In this document: positions 34,321-48,109 of the stretch, piece after piece
How positions within the stretch are numbered: the first letter of the stretch is position 1
How the letters are laid out: every line of letters starts with the position of its first letter
Assembly (NCBI GenBank): GCA_976226885.1
Contig: OZ320321.1
Coordinates: forward strand, 59,272,001 to 59,336,000
DNA length: 64,000 bases
Reading direction: 5' to 3'
From: Iphione sp. A-MEVVRFRX5
Taxonomy: Eukaryota
Notes under the pieces: generated by a model
Seen by the model: the letters and a program-made list of their open reading frames with translations, nothing else
What the model was told of the DNA's origin: nothing
The model's database searches: none
Made by a program: the position numbers and the translations under genes

Positions 34321-37300
34321 CTACTTGATGTCACACAGGGCAGCAACACCGCGCAGTGTCCAATGATCTGGACTCTGCACAGTCTTCAACAGAATAAAGG
34401 TGATGTAGTTGAGGTCGGTTCGCTGTGGCTTCTTGTAGACTGGACAGCGATACTGGCGGGGGTCCTGGGGTCCTGCCTGTATAGCGTACATGTGGATGAC
34501 GGGTAACGGAGTGAACAGCACCTTAGGCTGGGATTCGACGAGACGTAGTTGACGTCGGTCCCAGCTCGCCCCATCCAGGTAGAGTCCGTGTATGTAGACG
34601 CCTTCAGGGGGTCCTGCCACAATATCTTCCTTGAAGTATTTTGTTGCATCATTGTAGAGGATTACTGAGTCGAGTGCCCATCCTTTGTGTGCCCTTGTCA
34701 CCTCCTGCCTCATAGCTGTCAGGAATCCTGCAGTAGAAACAGTGTCACTGAAGATCCTTTCCCAAAGGAAACGGTATTTTTTCAGAATTAAACTTGAACA
34801 TGGTAGTCCCCATCTGACTTCACTATGATCAATAAGTACATGTATAAAGAAACGTACAGAAACGTAAAACAACGTATAAACAAGTATAAAAAAAAAATCT
34901 TTGATTTCAAATGATCTATAAGAGAAATGCAAATACGCTGCATGATGAATTCTAGACAGGATAACGGGAAGTACCCACCCTGGGGATTAAAGAATCCTGT
35001 CATCCAAAAGACAGCAGGCCGGCCCTCAAAGACCCAGCGGGAGAACTGCTCGCTGCGTTCAAGCAGCTCCGTAAACCAGAAGCCCAGAGTCGACGACTGC
35101 CATGAAATGCGGCGCCAGAGCCCAGGAACTCGAGCATCGTACATGTTGTCCAGGGCATCTCTTAGGTTCTCGGACATGATAATGGTTCCCTCAATGGCCA
35201 GTTTGAGGTCGGTGAGTGTCGTGCGTACACTGGTTATGACTCGCTGCATGCGATCAATCTCCTGCTTCAGGAAGATGTTCAGTGGCTGCAGGTGTCCCAT
35301 CTTACGCAAGCGATCACGGACCTGCATCAGAGAACATTTACAGATACTGTGAGAATGACAAGGGTACATTATTGAAAGATAATCATGGAGAAAGGGAAAG
35401 CACTGTAATATATAAATATATAGTGTACAGAAAACCAACAAGTTTAGGTTTCTTTGCTCAGCATGCATACCAGGCAGTCCCGACAAAAGGTAATAACTTC
35501 AATTTACTTTATTTTTGACATTTGACACATTCAGACGTATCCAGTACTACTGTCATGTTTGAGGAACGGAAACTGACCTCATGAGGAATGTAGTCTGGTG
35601 GTAGTTTAGAAAGCATATCATCAGCCATGCGGTAGACAATGGTTTCTCTCGTTTCGCCTCCGCCACCGCCGCTGTCCTTTGGCTGAATGTTCATGATACT
35701 CTCCAACACCTCTGCCGCCATGTTGCTCTGATAGGTGATGTCAGCATTTGGGTGCAGTCCAAACGCTTCAGGAGAATCTACAAGGGGCATCTCCTCAATG
35801 AAGGCCATGTATTCCTCGATCTTTTTACACTTAGGAATCTTGTAGCCCTTGTAAAACTGGAATGCATCACTAAACATTTGGTCGCTGAACCATACCTGGA
35901 AATAAAGAGCAAAAGTTTGGTATTCAATTTGGAATTGAATACATACTTATACAGTTGGATGTCATTTTGCTTCGTGGGTATGTAGTTTACTCAATTTACC
36001 AACACTTTGTCAAACAGATTTTTGTCATCGTCTATAACCGTCTTACCTTGGCAAAGGTGTTCAGGAGATGTTTGTCATAGTCATCAGTGACACGACCTCC
36101 GTACTGCACTTCTCCAAGCATGTAGCGGACCGTGCTCCACGACACGCCTTTCTTCGGGTCGATGTCATCGAGGTGGTTCTGTACGAACTGCACGCTAGCT
36201 GTCCAATCTGAGGAGTTAAACTCGTAGGGAATATTCCAGCCAAGAGGTCCAAACTTGCGACGTTCCTAATATGATGTCAAACACAAATGCCGGTCAGAAT
36301 ACATGCAATGCGAATTTATCAAAGCATATTCAAGCTGATGCTATTCATAGAATTCATTTTGAAACTAAGGTGAACTTTATTATTGTCAAATAACACACTA
36401 CCTATCTTCCTCTAATAAATACACTTAAAAAATGAAATCCGTTTGTGTATCCAAATACATGTGCACGCAGATTTTGCAAAGGCCTTTCTTCGAATAAAAA
36501 AGAATACATCTTGATGGCGCATAAAAATACATAAAAAGAACTCCTGCGGGACTTCAGTCTTTTGAATAAATGTAAATGCAGTTCCAACCTGCACAACGGT
36601 GTGCATGAACGAGACTCCATACAGAATGGGTCTCCACTGTGGCAGGTTGGTAATGTCGAGGAACTCCTGGCTGATATCTGTGTATGTCCGCTTGAGGCCC
36701 GCCTTGATACCCTGTGGCGGTTCATTGGTGAACTTGATGGAACTCTGCAGCAGTGAGATGGGGAATTTGGGGTGGACCTCGGTAGTAATCCAGACACGGA
36801 ACGCCTCGTGAATGGTGGGTGTCTCCAGCAGTGTTGTGAGTAACTCATCCATGAAGTCCAGGCCAAGATGGCAGTTTTGGAGCAGGGCCCAGCCACCCTA
36901 AGCACAGAGGGCAAATAATAAGATAACAATTAGAAGATGGCAGTTTTGGAGCACGGCCCAGCTACCCTAAGCACAGAGGGCAGATAATAAGATAACAATT
37001 ACAAGACATGGCAATTTTGGAGCAGGGCCCAGCTACCCTAAGCACACAGAACAAATAATAAGATAACAGTTAACAAAAAACAACAGGTATATGGGACCTA
37101 ATAGCTGTTGTGTTCCAACTGAGTAACGACAATGATGTACGCTTATTTACTCACAGTTTGCATGAACTGGCCGATCAGACGACGAGCATGCACCTCCTGA
37201 CCTTGGCCCATGGAGATGGCTCGACACTCGAGGTGCACCTTCTTGGCGAGGCCCTCGATCTGATTGGTCGGGTCAGAACCCATGGAGAGGAAGCAGATGA

Positions 37301-40300
37301 GAGGAGTGCGTGGGTCGCTTTCCCCCCAGGTCCCTTCCAGGTCGAGCAGCACCGCGTCGGCGTAGCGCATGCCCATCGAGTCACCGATGTACTTCCGCGC
37401 CTGAGCAATGGTACGATCAGGACACCAAGACCTGCCAACAAAAAAACAAACCTGTTACTGTACATGGGAGGTTTTCACTCATGCATGAATGTCTGAGACA
37501 AATCACTTATTTTTATGGCGGTATTCACACATGTAATACAATGAGTGTGAACTAAAGAGATGGGCTATAAGGAAAGAAATCAGTCCTGTGGATGATGGTT
37601 TTCACACATGGAGCAATGGGTGTGAACAAATGAGGGGTGCTATAATACTTCTGATACCTAGATGAATATCCTGCCTGTGGGTAGTTATATACAAATTCCG
37701 TCTTTTCACTAGAAAGTATACCGTTTCACTATGTGTATTTCTGTAAATATTTCTATGATCAGAGAGTAAACTAAGTATATATCTGCTAACTGACCGTATA
37801 AGCAGCAACTTCCTAAATGTGTCTAATGAAGAGCTGTAACCATCAGGTATCTGGGCCTCTTCTGGGGCGTCTTTATCGAACCAAGCCTTCCACACTTTTT
37901 CATTCCGTGGAATCTTAGATGAGGAAGAGGATGTTCAGAAATGCATGTAATAAAGTGAAAGAGATTTGTAACGATGTTAACTACAAGTCTAAAAATAGTA
38001 AAGGTAAGGGTGCAATGTAATGACCAGAATATCAAAATGACCGAATGCATTTCTTCTATTAGTAATATTTATCAAGTAAATGTACATGTATACCCAAAAT
38101 GTAGACAGACTGACGGTAGAGCACACACCTGATTAAGGATATCCGTGAAACCAGACAACTTGCTTAACTCCACTAAGTTCAGCCAAGTCATGTCCAAAAT
38201 CCATTTACATGGTTTGGGTTGTACAGCATTAAGATCGAGCGCTGCACCACCTATTGACATGCAAAAATAAGCACATAAACTGATGACTAAATTGGCATGT
38301 TTTCAGCTGGATGATGCAGCTATCAACCAAAACCTTACTAATATGCAGATATGACAAATGTAGACTTGCTGAAATCGACTCCCAATTATCATCCTTTGGA
38401 AGTAATTACATGTACATGTATAGGCGTTCATCCTCACCATGTTTCTATTAATGGGACGGTGAAATTCTCGTTTAGAGGCACCTACCTTTGATGAGAACCT
38501 GAAAGTCTTCATGCTTGATACTAGCTCGGTTGAGGTCGATCTTCAGTGTCAGAAGTAAGGTGAAGAGGAACTTGTGGTTCTCGTAAAGCCCCCGGCAGGT
38601 GTAGCGGAAGGCCTCAAATGTCAGGTACTCAATGATGTTGTGTATACGTTTCTGTGTTACGGGAGATTTTTCCGACCTGCCGTTCAATTGAAATCATAAC
38701 TGACATTTATGAAATAACTGTGACTACCTGCCGGTCTCTGACCTGCATGTATATTTAAGTACAAACAAACCATGCAACATGAAACTATGAAACGACATTT
38801 AGTTGTTACATTGAGCGCATTATCAAATTCGAGTTGGGCTTTTACTAACAACCTTATTGCATACAATTTCATGTAGCCTTAAAATAAGTAATGGTGTCAC
38901 TGATACAACAAATTCCGACTTACTTAGCCATCGAGTGGTCGAAGATACCGAGGAACTGCGTCAGTGATGTTTGATACATGCAATTGACCATACTCATCTC
39001 ACAGATTAAGAAATATAATATGCTTCCTCGGTTGGCCACTGGAAAAATGAAACAGTCAATACACACACACTACTAATATATTAACCTCAACACCTTTATC
39101 CCACTGGAAAGACCTCTTACAGTTAAGATTTCTTTTTAACCAAAGGGGAAAAGCTCAACAGTGTACCCGGAAAGTGTGCTTGCATCTACGCAAACATTCC
39201 AGGTCTATTATTAATAATATCAAGAAGACAATGAAAAGCCTCTAAGCGGGGCACCTTTGGGTTTTCCCAAGCTTTTCCCAACGTACATGGTCCCTATTAG
39301 ATACCTTTTTAAAAACAATTAAGCAATTGAAATACATTCTTTTCAAAACTGTCCTTTCAGAGGCTTGTCCCTAAATAGAGACGGGTTTCTAAGGTGTGTT
39401 TTTTACTGTACTTCAAATACATTTTATTAGCTAACATGGTAAAGAGCGGCGACAACGTACCTGGTCTAAACTCCTCACGGGCTTCATTGATCTTCACTTC
39501 GGTGTCAGCTGCCACAGCAAGCTTCTCACTCACCTCTCCAGCAGTCACTTTGGTGATCGCAAGAACCTGAATGAGCGACTCGTCCTCAACTAGTGAGCCT
39601 TTGGTGGAAGTCAACTTGAAGAGCAGATTATCTTCTAGTTCTTGCATTTTACGTTTGTTGGCCGTTACATCTTCCATCAGCTTGACGCGTTCAGCTTCCA
39701 ATTCCTACACATGCGATCAGCAACGAAGGAAAAGTACAGACAGTGGTTACTGTAATAACCCAGCTATGGAGTAGGAAATTAACATCAGCAACTGTGATAA
39801 ATGATCTAAATGTAGAAAAAAAAGCTTGCGACTAGTAGCAATCGTTCAATGGCTTAAATAGTGCCATAACCGACTTATACAACGTGCAGACAATCTATGC
39901 GGACCTGCTTCTCTGTCTGAATGACACGGCCGAGTAGCTGGTCCTCTAGACCCTTCATGGTGACGGTGAAGTCAATGATGGAGGTGCGCGCTGAAATCTC
40001 GGGAGTGTAGGCAGGGTTGGGTAGCTTGGTGGTGATGTACAGGTAGAAGCCATCCATCACATCCACTTCCTTGTCACCCACTTTAACCTGACGACGAAAA
40101 TGTGAACTCAACGATAGAAAGATTCGTTTTCAGACACGATCAATGCCTATGAACAGGCGTTGATACAAAACGCGTGATCAAAAAAAGGTTGCTCTAAATA
40201 GACAAAAGGTTCTCATACAACTGATTACATGTACATGTACAAAAACATATAAGTCAAAATGCCAAGATTTCTACTCTAAAGCCCACCAACACAATACTTT

Positions 40301-43300
40301 CATGATGCTCTCAGATCAAACTCGTCCTGCTCTATTATTTTTGACTACTGACCTTGTAAGTAGAGCCCGACTTGATGAAGTTCTTCTCGAGGACATTATC
40401 GAGTGCTGGGTCGAGCTCCTCACCGACATCCTCGATAATGAGAGGTCGACCAAGAGACAAAGCATCCTCCATGTGAGTGCGAAAGTACTTGTTGTTAAGT
40501 GACGTCATCTGCAACACAAGAAAGAGTGCGCTTGGCTCATAAACATATAGAAATAACGTATAAAAAGGGACAGTATGGACTGTATACTGGACCGTCCACA
40601 GTGCAGTTCGGTATTCACGTGTATTCGTCTCTATAAGCTTTCTCACCTGAAGCTCATTATCTTTCTCCCTGTTCTTGATCCAGATTTTGCCTTGACCTTG
40701 TGGATCTATCAAGAGTGGATAACGTGTTGCCTTTGTGACAATTATTCCATTCTGAATAGACAGGTCGTCGTTTGGTAAACCCTGAAGATTCCACTCGCCA
40801 ATCTGCAAATAAAAGATTTATGGCAACTTGTCACTGTGAATGTTTCTTACTGGATGAACTTAAACATATCCACACCATTAAAAGAAACTAATATCTAATT
40901 ACTCTACATGTATATGGAGAATTATTTACGTCCAGATGTACACTGTATCTTGACTATCCATGTCTATTTTGGGATCTAAGAACGACGGGAGTACGAACCG
41001 TAGCATTATCCACCAACATGGCCGTAAGGTTGAGACTCTGGGTGAATGGTATTTGACGTCTGGTGAGCTCTTGTTGCCAGTCGTTCTGTAGTCGGTTCCT
41101 GAATTCTTGATTAAATGGTCCAGAATATGACAGGAAACCCGTGCACAGAAGGACATCACCGACAAGTCTGCAACAAATGGAGACTGTTGAGTGAGATGAC
41201 TTGTTTAAAAGTAAAATGGCTTGGAGAAAAATCTCCCTGTGAAGAAGATATAAACTGTAAATGATCCATCTGTACTGTAGGTTGCTGCTAAAAGAAAAAG
41301 GGAGCAGAGAACAGAGCTCACATATGAAAAAATGATCAAAGAGATCTTTGGTTCAATCTTTGTCACAATGGCAATGTTATGCGTTAAAGGAAAATTTGCC
41401 CAATTCAGGAATTACACTGTGCTAGTCAGGAATCTCAAAATACATGTATTTCTAATTGTGCAACATCGGATAAACGCATTATAGCGGTCCAGTCTTATTC
41501 CTACCAGGCCTATTGACCAGACGATAATCTCCAATCCAGCTATCTGGTATCATAGGTATGCTCATACAGTCACGCACCCTCTTCCCAGTTATCATTATAT
41601 TGCTGGTCAACACACATAGGCTCACATAAGAACCTACTTATTAATCTGAGCAGCGAACTCCTTGCTCTGTTGCGTCCACCTGACCTTCTCACCGCCCAGA
41701 CCGCCGATCAAAGCAGAAGCAGCCTCCATCTTTTTCCTGCACGATTCTGCATCATCAAGCAGATCCTAGAGAACAAGGAAAAAAATGACAAGCTTGGTAT
41801 TTTGTTTTATTTTTAAACAATGCCTGCAAGCTTCACACACACCCAGGCATCCATATGGTCGATGAGCAGCGCCCTACACTTCCTATACGGTCCCTACACC
41901 AGGAAACAGAATAAACCTCCTAACCCAATCATGTTACTGTCACTTCGGTAATATATCGGTAAATGGGCATGCATGAGCTGAAAATCACACAATACGTGGC
42001 TATACCACAGACGGCCCAGAACGAACCTGCTTCTCCTTCATGGCTGCATCGTACATGGCCTGCACAGCATCCAGCTCCTTCTGCTTGTCGTCAAGCTGGG
42101 CCTGGGCATTGTTCAGCTCATTAGTGGCTGACTGTAGGCGACCTTCCTGAACCGCAAGGTTGGCCTTGAGCGGCAGTACCTCTTTGTTTACACCATAGAA
42201 GGTCGCCATAGCCTGCGTCCAACAGCAGAGTCCGGCTACATCACCACACACACGCTTGGCCATGTCCAGGCTGTAGTCCTCCATTTGGAAGTAAGCGTTG
42301 AGTAGCTCCACTGTCTCTTCATTGATTGTGTCTTTCGGGAAGTCCATCAGTGTGCTCAAGAACGTTGAACTGCTCATAAGCTTTAACATATCAAAAAAGA
42401 CCAAGAATGATCGTGTTAATCCTAAAAGTGACTTGATAGTGAAAACGATGGCTAGTTTTTTCTCTTCAGTTAATAGAATTATTCCATACTCGTGGAGTAC
42501 ACAATCATGTACACTATCTTCCGATATCCATGCAATGTTTCGGTGAATATTTCACACGCCGCAGCAAATGTGCTGGTCACTTTTTCAAAACCCAGCAATA
42601 ATATTAAGACCTTCCAACTAAAACTGAGCATGGAATAAAGATGCACACACAGTAGCAGACTTAGAGGCTGGGTTCGTTGTCATATCATACTTGACCTCCT
42701 CCGGCCTGATAAAGTACAGGAGAAGATCAAACAGATTTACAAGTAGGTTCAAATACCTTCAGTGATTCAGCCCATGAGGGTTTCGGACATGGTCGCTCAG
42801 GATCGGCCACGACTTGATCGAGTCGCTTTTGAAAGAGCAGTAGTACACAGTCCATGATTCGCATGATGAGGTGCGGCGGTTTGGCCAGCTTTCGCACGGT
42901 GGAGATGTGTGCCGGTTTAATCGTCTGTAAAGGAAACGCAGAATTACATGCCTAGATGCGAATCAAAGGATAAGTGTCACAAAATGCCAATAAGAGATAT
43001 TTTACGAGGTAGTATTTCCAGATAGTTAAATACTTTAGTTTCAAACTTTTACTATCAGAGACCTACGAGACGTCAAAGACCGGCCATGTCTCACCTGAAG
43101 AGCAGCCTCTGCCTCTGCAAGCGCCGGTGCTGCTGCAGACAGCTTCTTTTCTGCAACAGCCTTTTCAACCTCGATTTCATCGACGATGTGCTGAGCTTTA
43201 TCCTTCACTTTTTGCACCGAGGCTTTAACTACCTCGGCTGCGGCAGCTTTCTCTGTGACATCCGCCAATACCTGGAAGAAGAAAGTGATCTTATTTGATT

Positions 43301-46300
43301 AAAATTGGCCAGTTTGACTAGAGTTACCTGGGTAATAAATGAGAAGTCAGGAAAGCCATCCTCACAATCCGATGGATAAAATCAGCTATGACGTGACATC
43401 TGTGGGAGGGGCATTTGCAAGTCTACATACATACATATATATATACACGATATATATATATCAGTTATGTATATCATTAGGCAAGTCAATGAAAGCAACA
43501 ATTTCTGCTGGATTTGAAAAATAAACTCTAAAGGCCAAATTGGTCCAGCATCCTTTGAAGTTCATGCAACTATCTTACAGACTCTTACAGATTGCAGCTT
43601 GAATACTGAGGCACTCACCACATCGGCCTTCTTGTTGGCAACAGCGAGCTCCTTCTCTTTAATGGCTAGGTCTTTGGATAACTGGTCAACGGCAACTGTG
43701 GCTTCGATGAGTTTGTCAAGGCCTGTATTCATACGGCGCGCAAGCTCACCAATATGAGCAATCTTCTCAGTGTAGATGGCCTTATATCCATCAATAAACG
43801 ACAAGTATGACTTGGGTGTTACATGCGCCTGGCGACGGTATCTAGAGTGTGGGATGAAAAAAAAGACATCCAGGAATGCGAAGAAATATAACTGTACGGT
43901 TGGTACATCGTGTGCCATGAATGATCTTTTACAGAATTCGTCTTATGATTTCCCAAATGGGCGCACTGACCTTTGGAAATAATCGATGCAGGCATTGGCC
44001 ACGTTGTCATGCACGAGCCCCATGGTCTGCATGAGCTGCTGCTTCACCTGGTCAGTAGTCTCCACTCTGTACTTGGAGAGGAAGTGTGTGGAGACGGCGA
44101 TAAGGGCATCGGGTGGCCATCCACTGAACCAGTCCATGGTGCAGCCCGAAATTAGTCCTGGGAACTTAAGTGACCTGTTCCTGAACTTCTCTCCTACCTA
44201 GAAATTTCCAAAGGTTTTGAATAGTAATTTCAAATGACATTTCTTACCTCTATCAGAAAACCCTACAGGAGAAAACCACACGTGAATGACTCTCCGGTTG
44301 TTCACTAAGTTCTACCAAAGTACTGATGTATATGCTCGTTTTTATCTCGCTCTCAACTACATGGTGCCCATGGTGCGCAACAGGACACTAGTGGTGAGTG
44401 ATTCTCTACGGACAATGTCATACCTGTATGCACTCACACTCTCTGACTGACCAGTGATAGTTTATACCTGTACTAAAACAGTCTTTAGTATACATGTCGT
44501 CATACTTTTTCAATCAGCCTCAAATTTGGAACGTTTGATATAAAAACCTACGGTTATATTTCTACCGAGATACCCTGAGCAGTATTTTTAGTCGCTATCT
44601 TTGAAAGTAAATTGATAACGCAGGCATGTACCGTCAATCTCTCCGTCTAATGAGTCTAGGAATAATCACCTGTCAAAGTGAGTACTTAAGCTTTGCGGTA
44701 TTACATGACAGATTAAGTGGCACAGCTGTAATTGTAATACAAAGAGACATCTTAACCTTTAATCGAATTACTAAAACCCAGAAACCCTAGTTTTTGCAGT
44801 TTAATTTTAAACATCTGTCAATGTAAAGTGTACATAATAATGATATATTCTGAATCTTTAGAGTATATATCAATTTTACGGGTTCGGTTTAGTAATGGGG
44901 TATGGGTAGATGGTGCAAAGTGTACGAAGGGAACTTACAGGTGAGAAGCACAGAACAACATGGAGATTGTTACGACTACGGGAGATAAAGTAGTCGTAGA
45001 GATTTTCCTGAGTGGGTGGCCGGCGTGGATATTCTTTCTTCATGACAGAAATCAGCTCGTTACACATTTCGTCAAGTTCATCGCGCGCGAAGAGATTGGA
45101 AACCTGTAAATAAACCACTGAACACTTATTGAAGTGTCTGGCATCTAATGATATTCTGCATATTTCGAAGAAATGTATTGATAGTTTTTTTCCCAGATGT
45201 GATTATCTCATCACTGAAAGATGCCAGTATAGCTAACTTGATGTGGTATTGGTATGAAGGGATGATAGAGGGTACCTTTATCGATGATATATAAGAGGGA
45301 GGTTGACGTATTGCTATCATTAATTCAACCTGACCATCGTTGTCCAGGGTAATTTTGATGAAATTTGGATATGCATGTTAGTGGATGCCAATGGGGGGCG
45401 GGGAGAAGCTTCCAAAGACTGACGTTATAAGTGGGAAGTAATGGAGGAGTACGATTTTGGCTGTTGACTTCAAGTTTGTCAGTCAGTTCCAGTTCAAAAG
45501 ATTTAATGTCGAATGAATAAAAATGATTATTTGATTTAACCTGGCTTATGACGAAGTCTGGAAAAATTTACGTGTCCAAACTGACTGGAGATTCTATTAA
45601 ATTCCAAACTTAGAACGCAAATGTTTTTTTTTTCTCAAAAACTTCACTTCTTGGTCGTGTTGCTTCAAGTAGGGGAGAATCATGTCTGTTTTGTGCTCAC
45701 AAATTTTGACATAATTTCTCTAAAAACCTTTAAACATTGATAAGGCCGTTAATTAACATCTACATATGTATATCTTCGGAATGACAATGTGATATGTTAA
45801 TAGCTGGTGCCTTACAGTCCACCTGATAAATCGTGAGCATCGTTTTCTGAATTTAACCTCTGAATTCCATAAATGGAACTCACGGTTCCCCGTATTATTC
45901 TTACACTTTGGAGATGGAATCCTGTCATCCCTGACATGGAGTTTCAGTCAAGAAAAGAACCTGATAGAATCATCACAGGCCTACACGTACATTACGACGC
46001 TAAGAAATAAGCATCGTGATGTTAAATTTCATAGAAACCTTTAGAAGGTCCTCATAAAACATGGTTAAGACAGGTATAAGTGTAGGTTTTAGCTAGTAAT
46101 ACAACGATTTTTAACCGATTACCTCGCCAGAGCTGAGCACATTGTTGAGATACTCCAGGAAGGCTTCGTCTTTGATCTCGTTGTCGGTGAAGATGAAAGT
46201 GATGCCCATGCCCTGATGTCCCGCAACTCGGTACAGGTACTTCAGATCATCCATCAGGTTCGACACATTGTAAGATCTACACAAGAGAGAACCTCATCAG

Positions 46301-48061
46301 TATCCTGTAGGACCATTTCTTCTCATCTTACACACCGTACATGTACTTTATAATACGGTAGAATGAATGGGCAGATGAATTTCAAGGAAATTATATACAC
46401 TGTATGTATAATTACTATGAACACTGTTTACCTCGTTAAAGTTATCTGGAAGATCTTATAGCCTGCAATGAAGGAGGCCAGTTTGGTAAGACTCTGCTTT
46501 CCAGAACCACCCACTCCTACAAGGAGAGCATTCCCACGGGGCGTGCGGATGATTCGGGAGATCTGGATGGCAAAAGAGAAATTATTACATTTACAAAAAA
46601 CCCGGCCCCTGTGTTCAGTAGACAACTCATCTTGATTTAATATATCGATACTTATTTACTGGATGTAATCTTGTGCCAGACTTCGATAACTGCATCATTT
46701 CACTCAGAAACTTATATCAGTGCATGCTTGAACTGCTGCTGGGAGAGGACAATGCCAAAAACCTATGTAGCCAATGCGAATTGATGCACTGATATATGAC
46801 ATGTGGAGATGGTGTACAGTCACAATAGCTGTCAATCAAAATGTTCGACCAATAGGCTAAAGTAGTTAATGTCACATGTCACAAACAGCTGATCCACACA
46901 GACATTTAAGCAACACTGTTGCTCATGCATGACCCATATTAGAATTATGATTGTCATGTCATTATGTGGTTATGTAAATGTATAGACATATATCCATAAA
47001 AAACATGGTAATGTATCTACATTTATTTTCAAAGTACATGTACATGTATATGAGAAAATGCATTACACTGACACTGCACCTAGAAACCTTTTTCAATTTT
47101 AAACATTTTATGTGACCATAGTAAAGGTATGAATGTCATATTTTGTGATGGGTGGGCGTGGCTGTGTGATGGTACTGTGATGCATCAATTCAAGAACTGA
47201 CTTTAATATTCAACAGGCACGTGGAGAAAACGCAGCTCAAAAGGAGACTGAAGAAGGATTTACGGCTGATCACAAAATTCTCATTAACCTACCTCAATTT
47301 TTTTTTTGTCCAAGTAATCTATGTATTGTCATTAAAGACCTGTCATAGAGTGCGGGTTGAAACACATCCACACAGAATGAAAACTGTGCTCAATTATAAT
47401 CTCAAATGAAATCAACATTGGAAAATTTAGAAACTTAATGACATGAGCTACGGGTGCTAGCCTTACTTTAATCAGGTGGACCATGGCATCTTTGAAGAAG
47501 ACTAAGTCCATATGAGCACCGCGCACAGTCTCGTTATACTGATCCATATACAGCTGCAGTCGCTCACTCAGCACATCGTAAGAGGGAACCTAAAAACAAC
47601 CAGGGTATACCACTTCTCAATTCTGATGTGCATCAAGTTAACACAAATAAAGTACAACAACCTTAGCAGTCGCCTAGAATATATTCTGTGCACTGAAAAA
47701 TTAAGCACATGAGCCGGAAGAACAAAAAATGCGAAAAAAGTGATGAAATACAGTACCTCCTCATATATCTTTGGCGTCTCCATGTCAGCATCCTCAGGCT
47801 CTTCTCCAGTTGGCTCTGGAGCATCACGTAAGAAGTCAACAAAGAAGGTTTCTTTGGCAACGTGAGGCGCATACTCTTCACCTATGTTCTTGCTGGTAAC
47901 ACTGACGATAGTCTTGTCAAACCACTCTTTATCAGCGCTGTTTGTGAACCTTTGAAAGAAATGTGAAAACCATGCAGGCAACAACAGTATGTACCGACGA
48001 GCAAATTGGAAATGTGTTGCTCACAATACACATACAAAGTGTTCCACAGTAATGGATTGTG

Positions 48062-48109
<48 letters not shown>

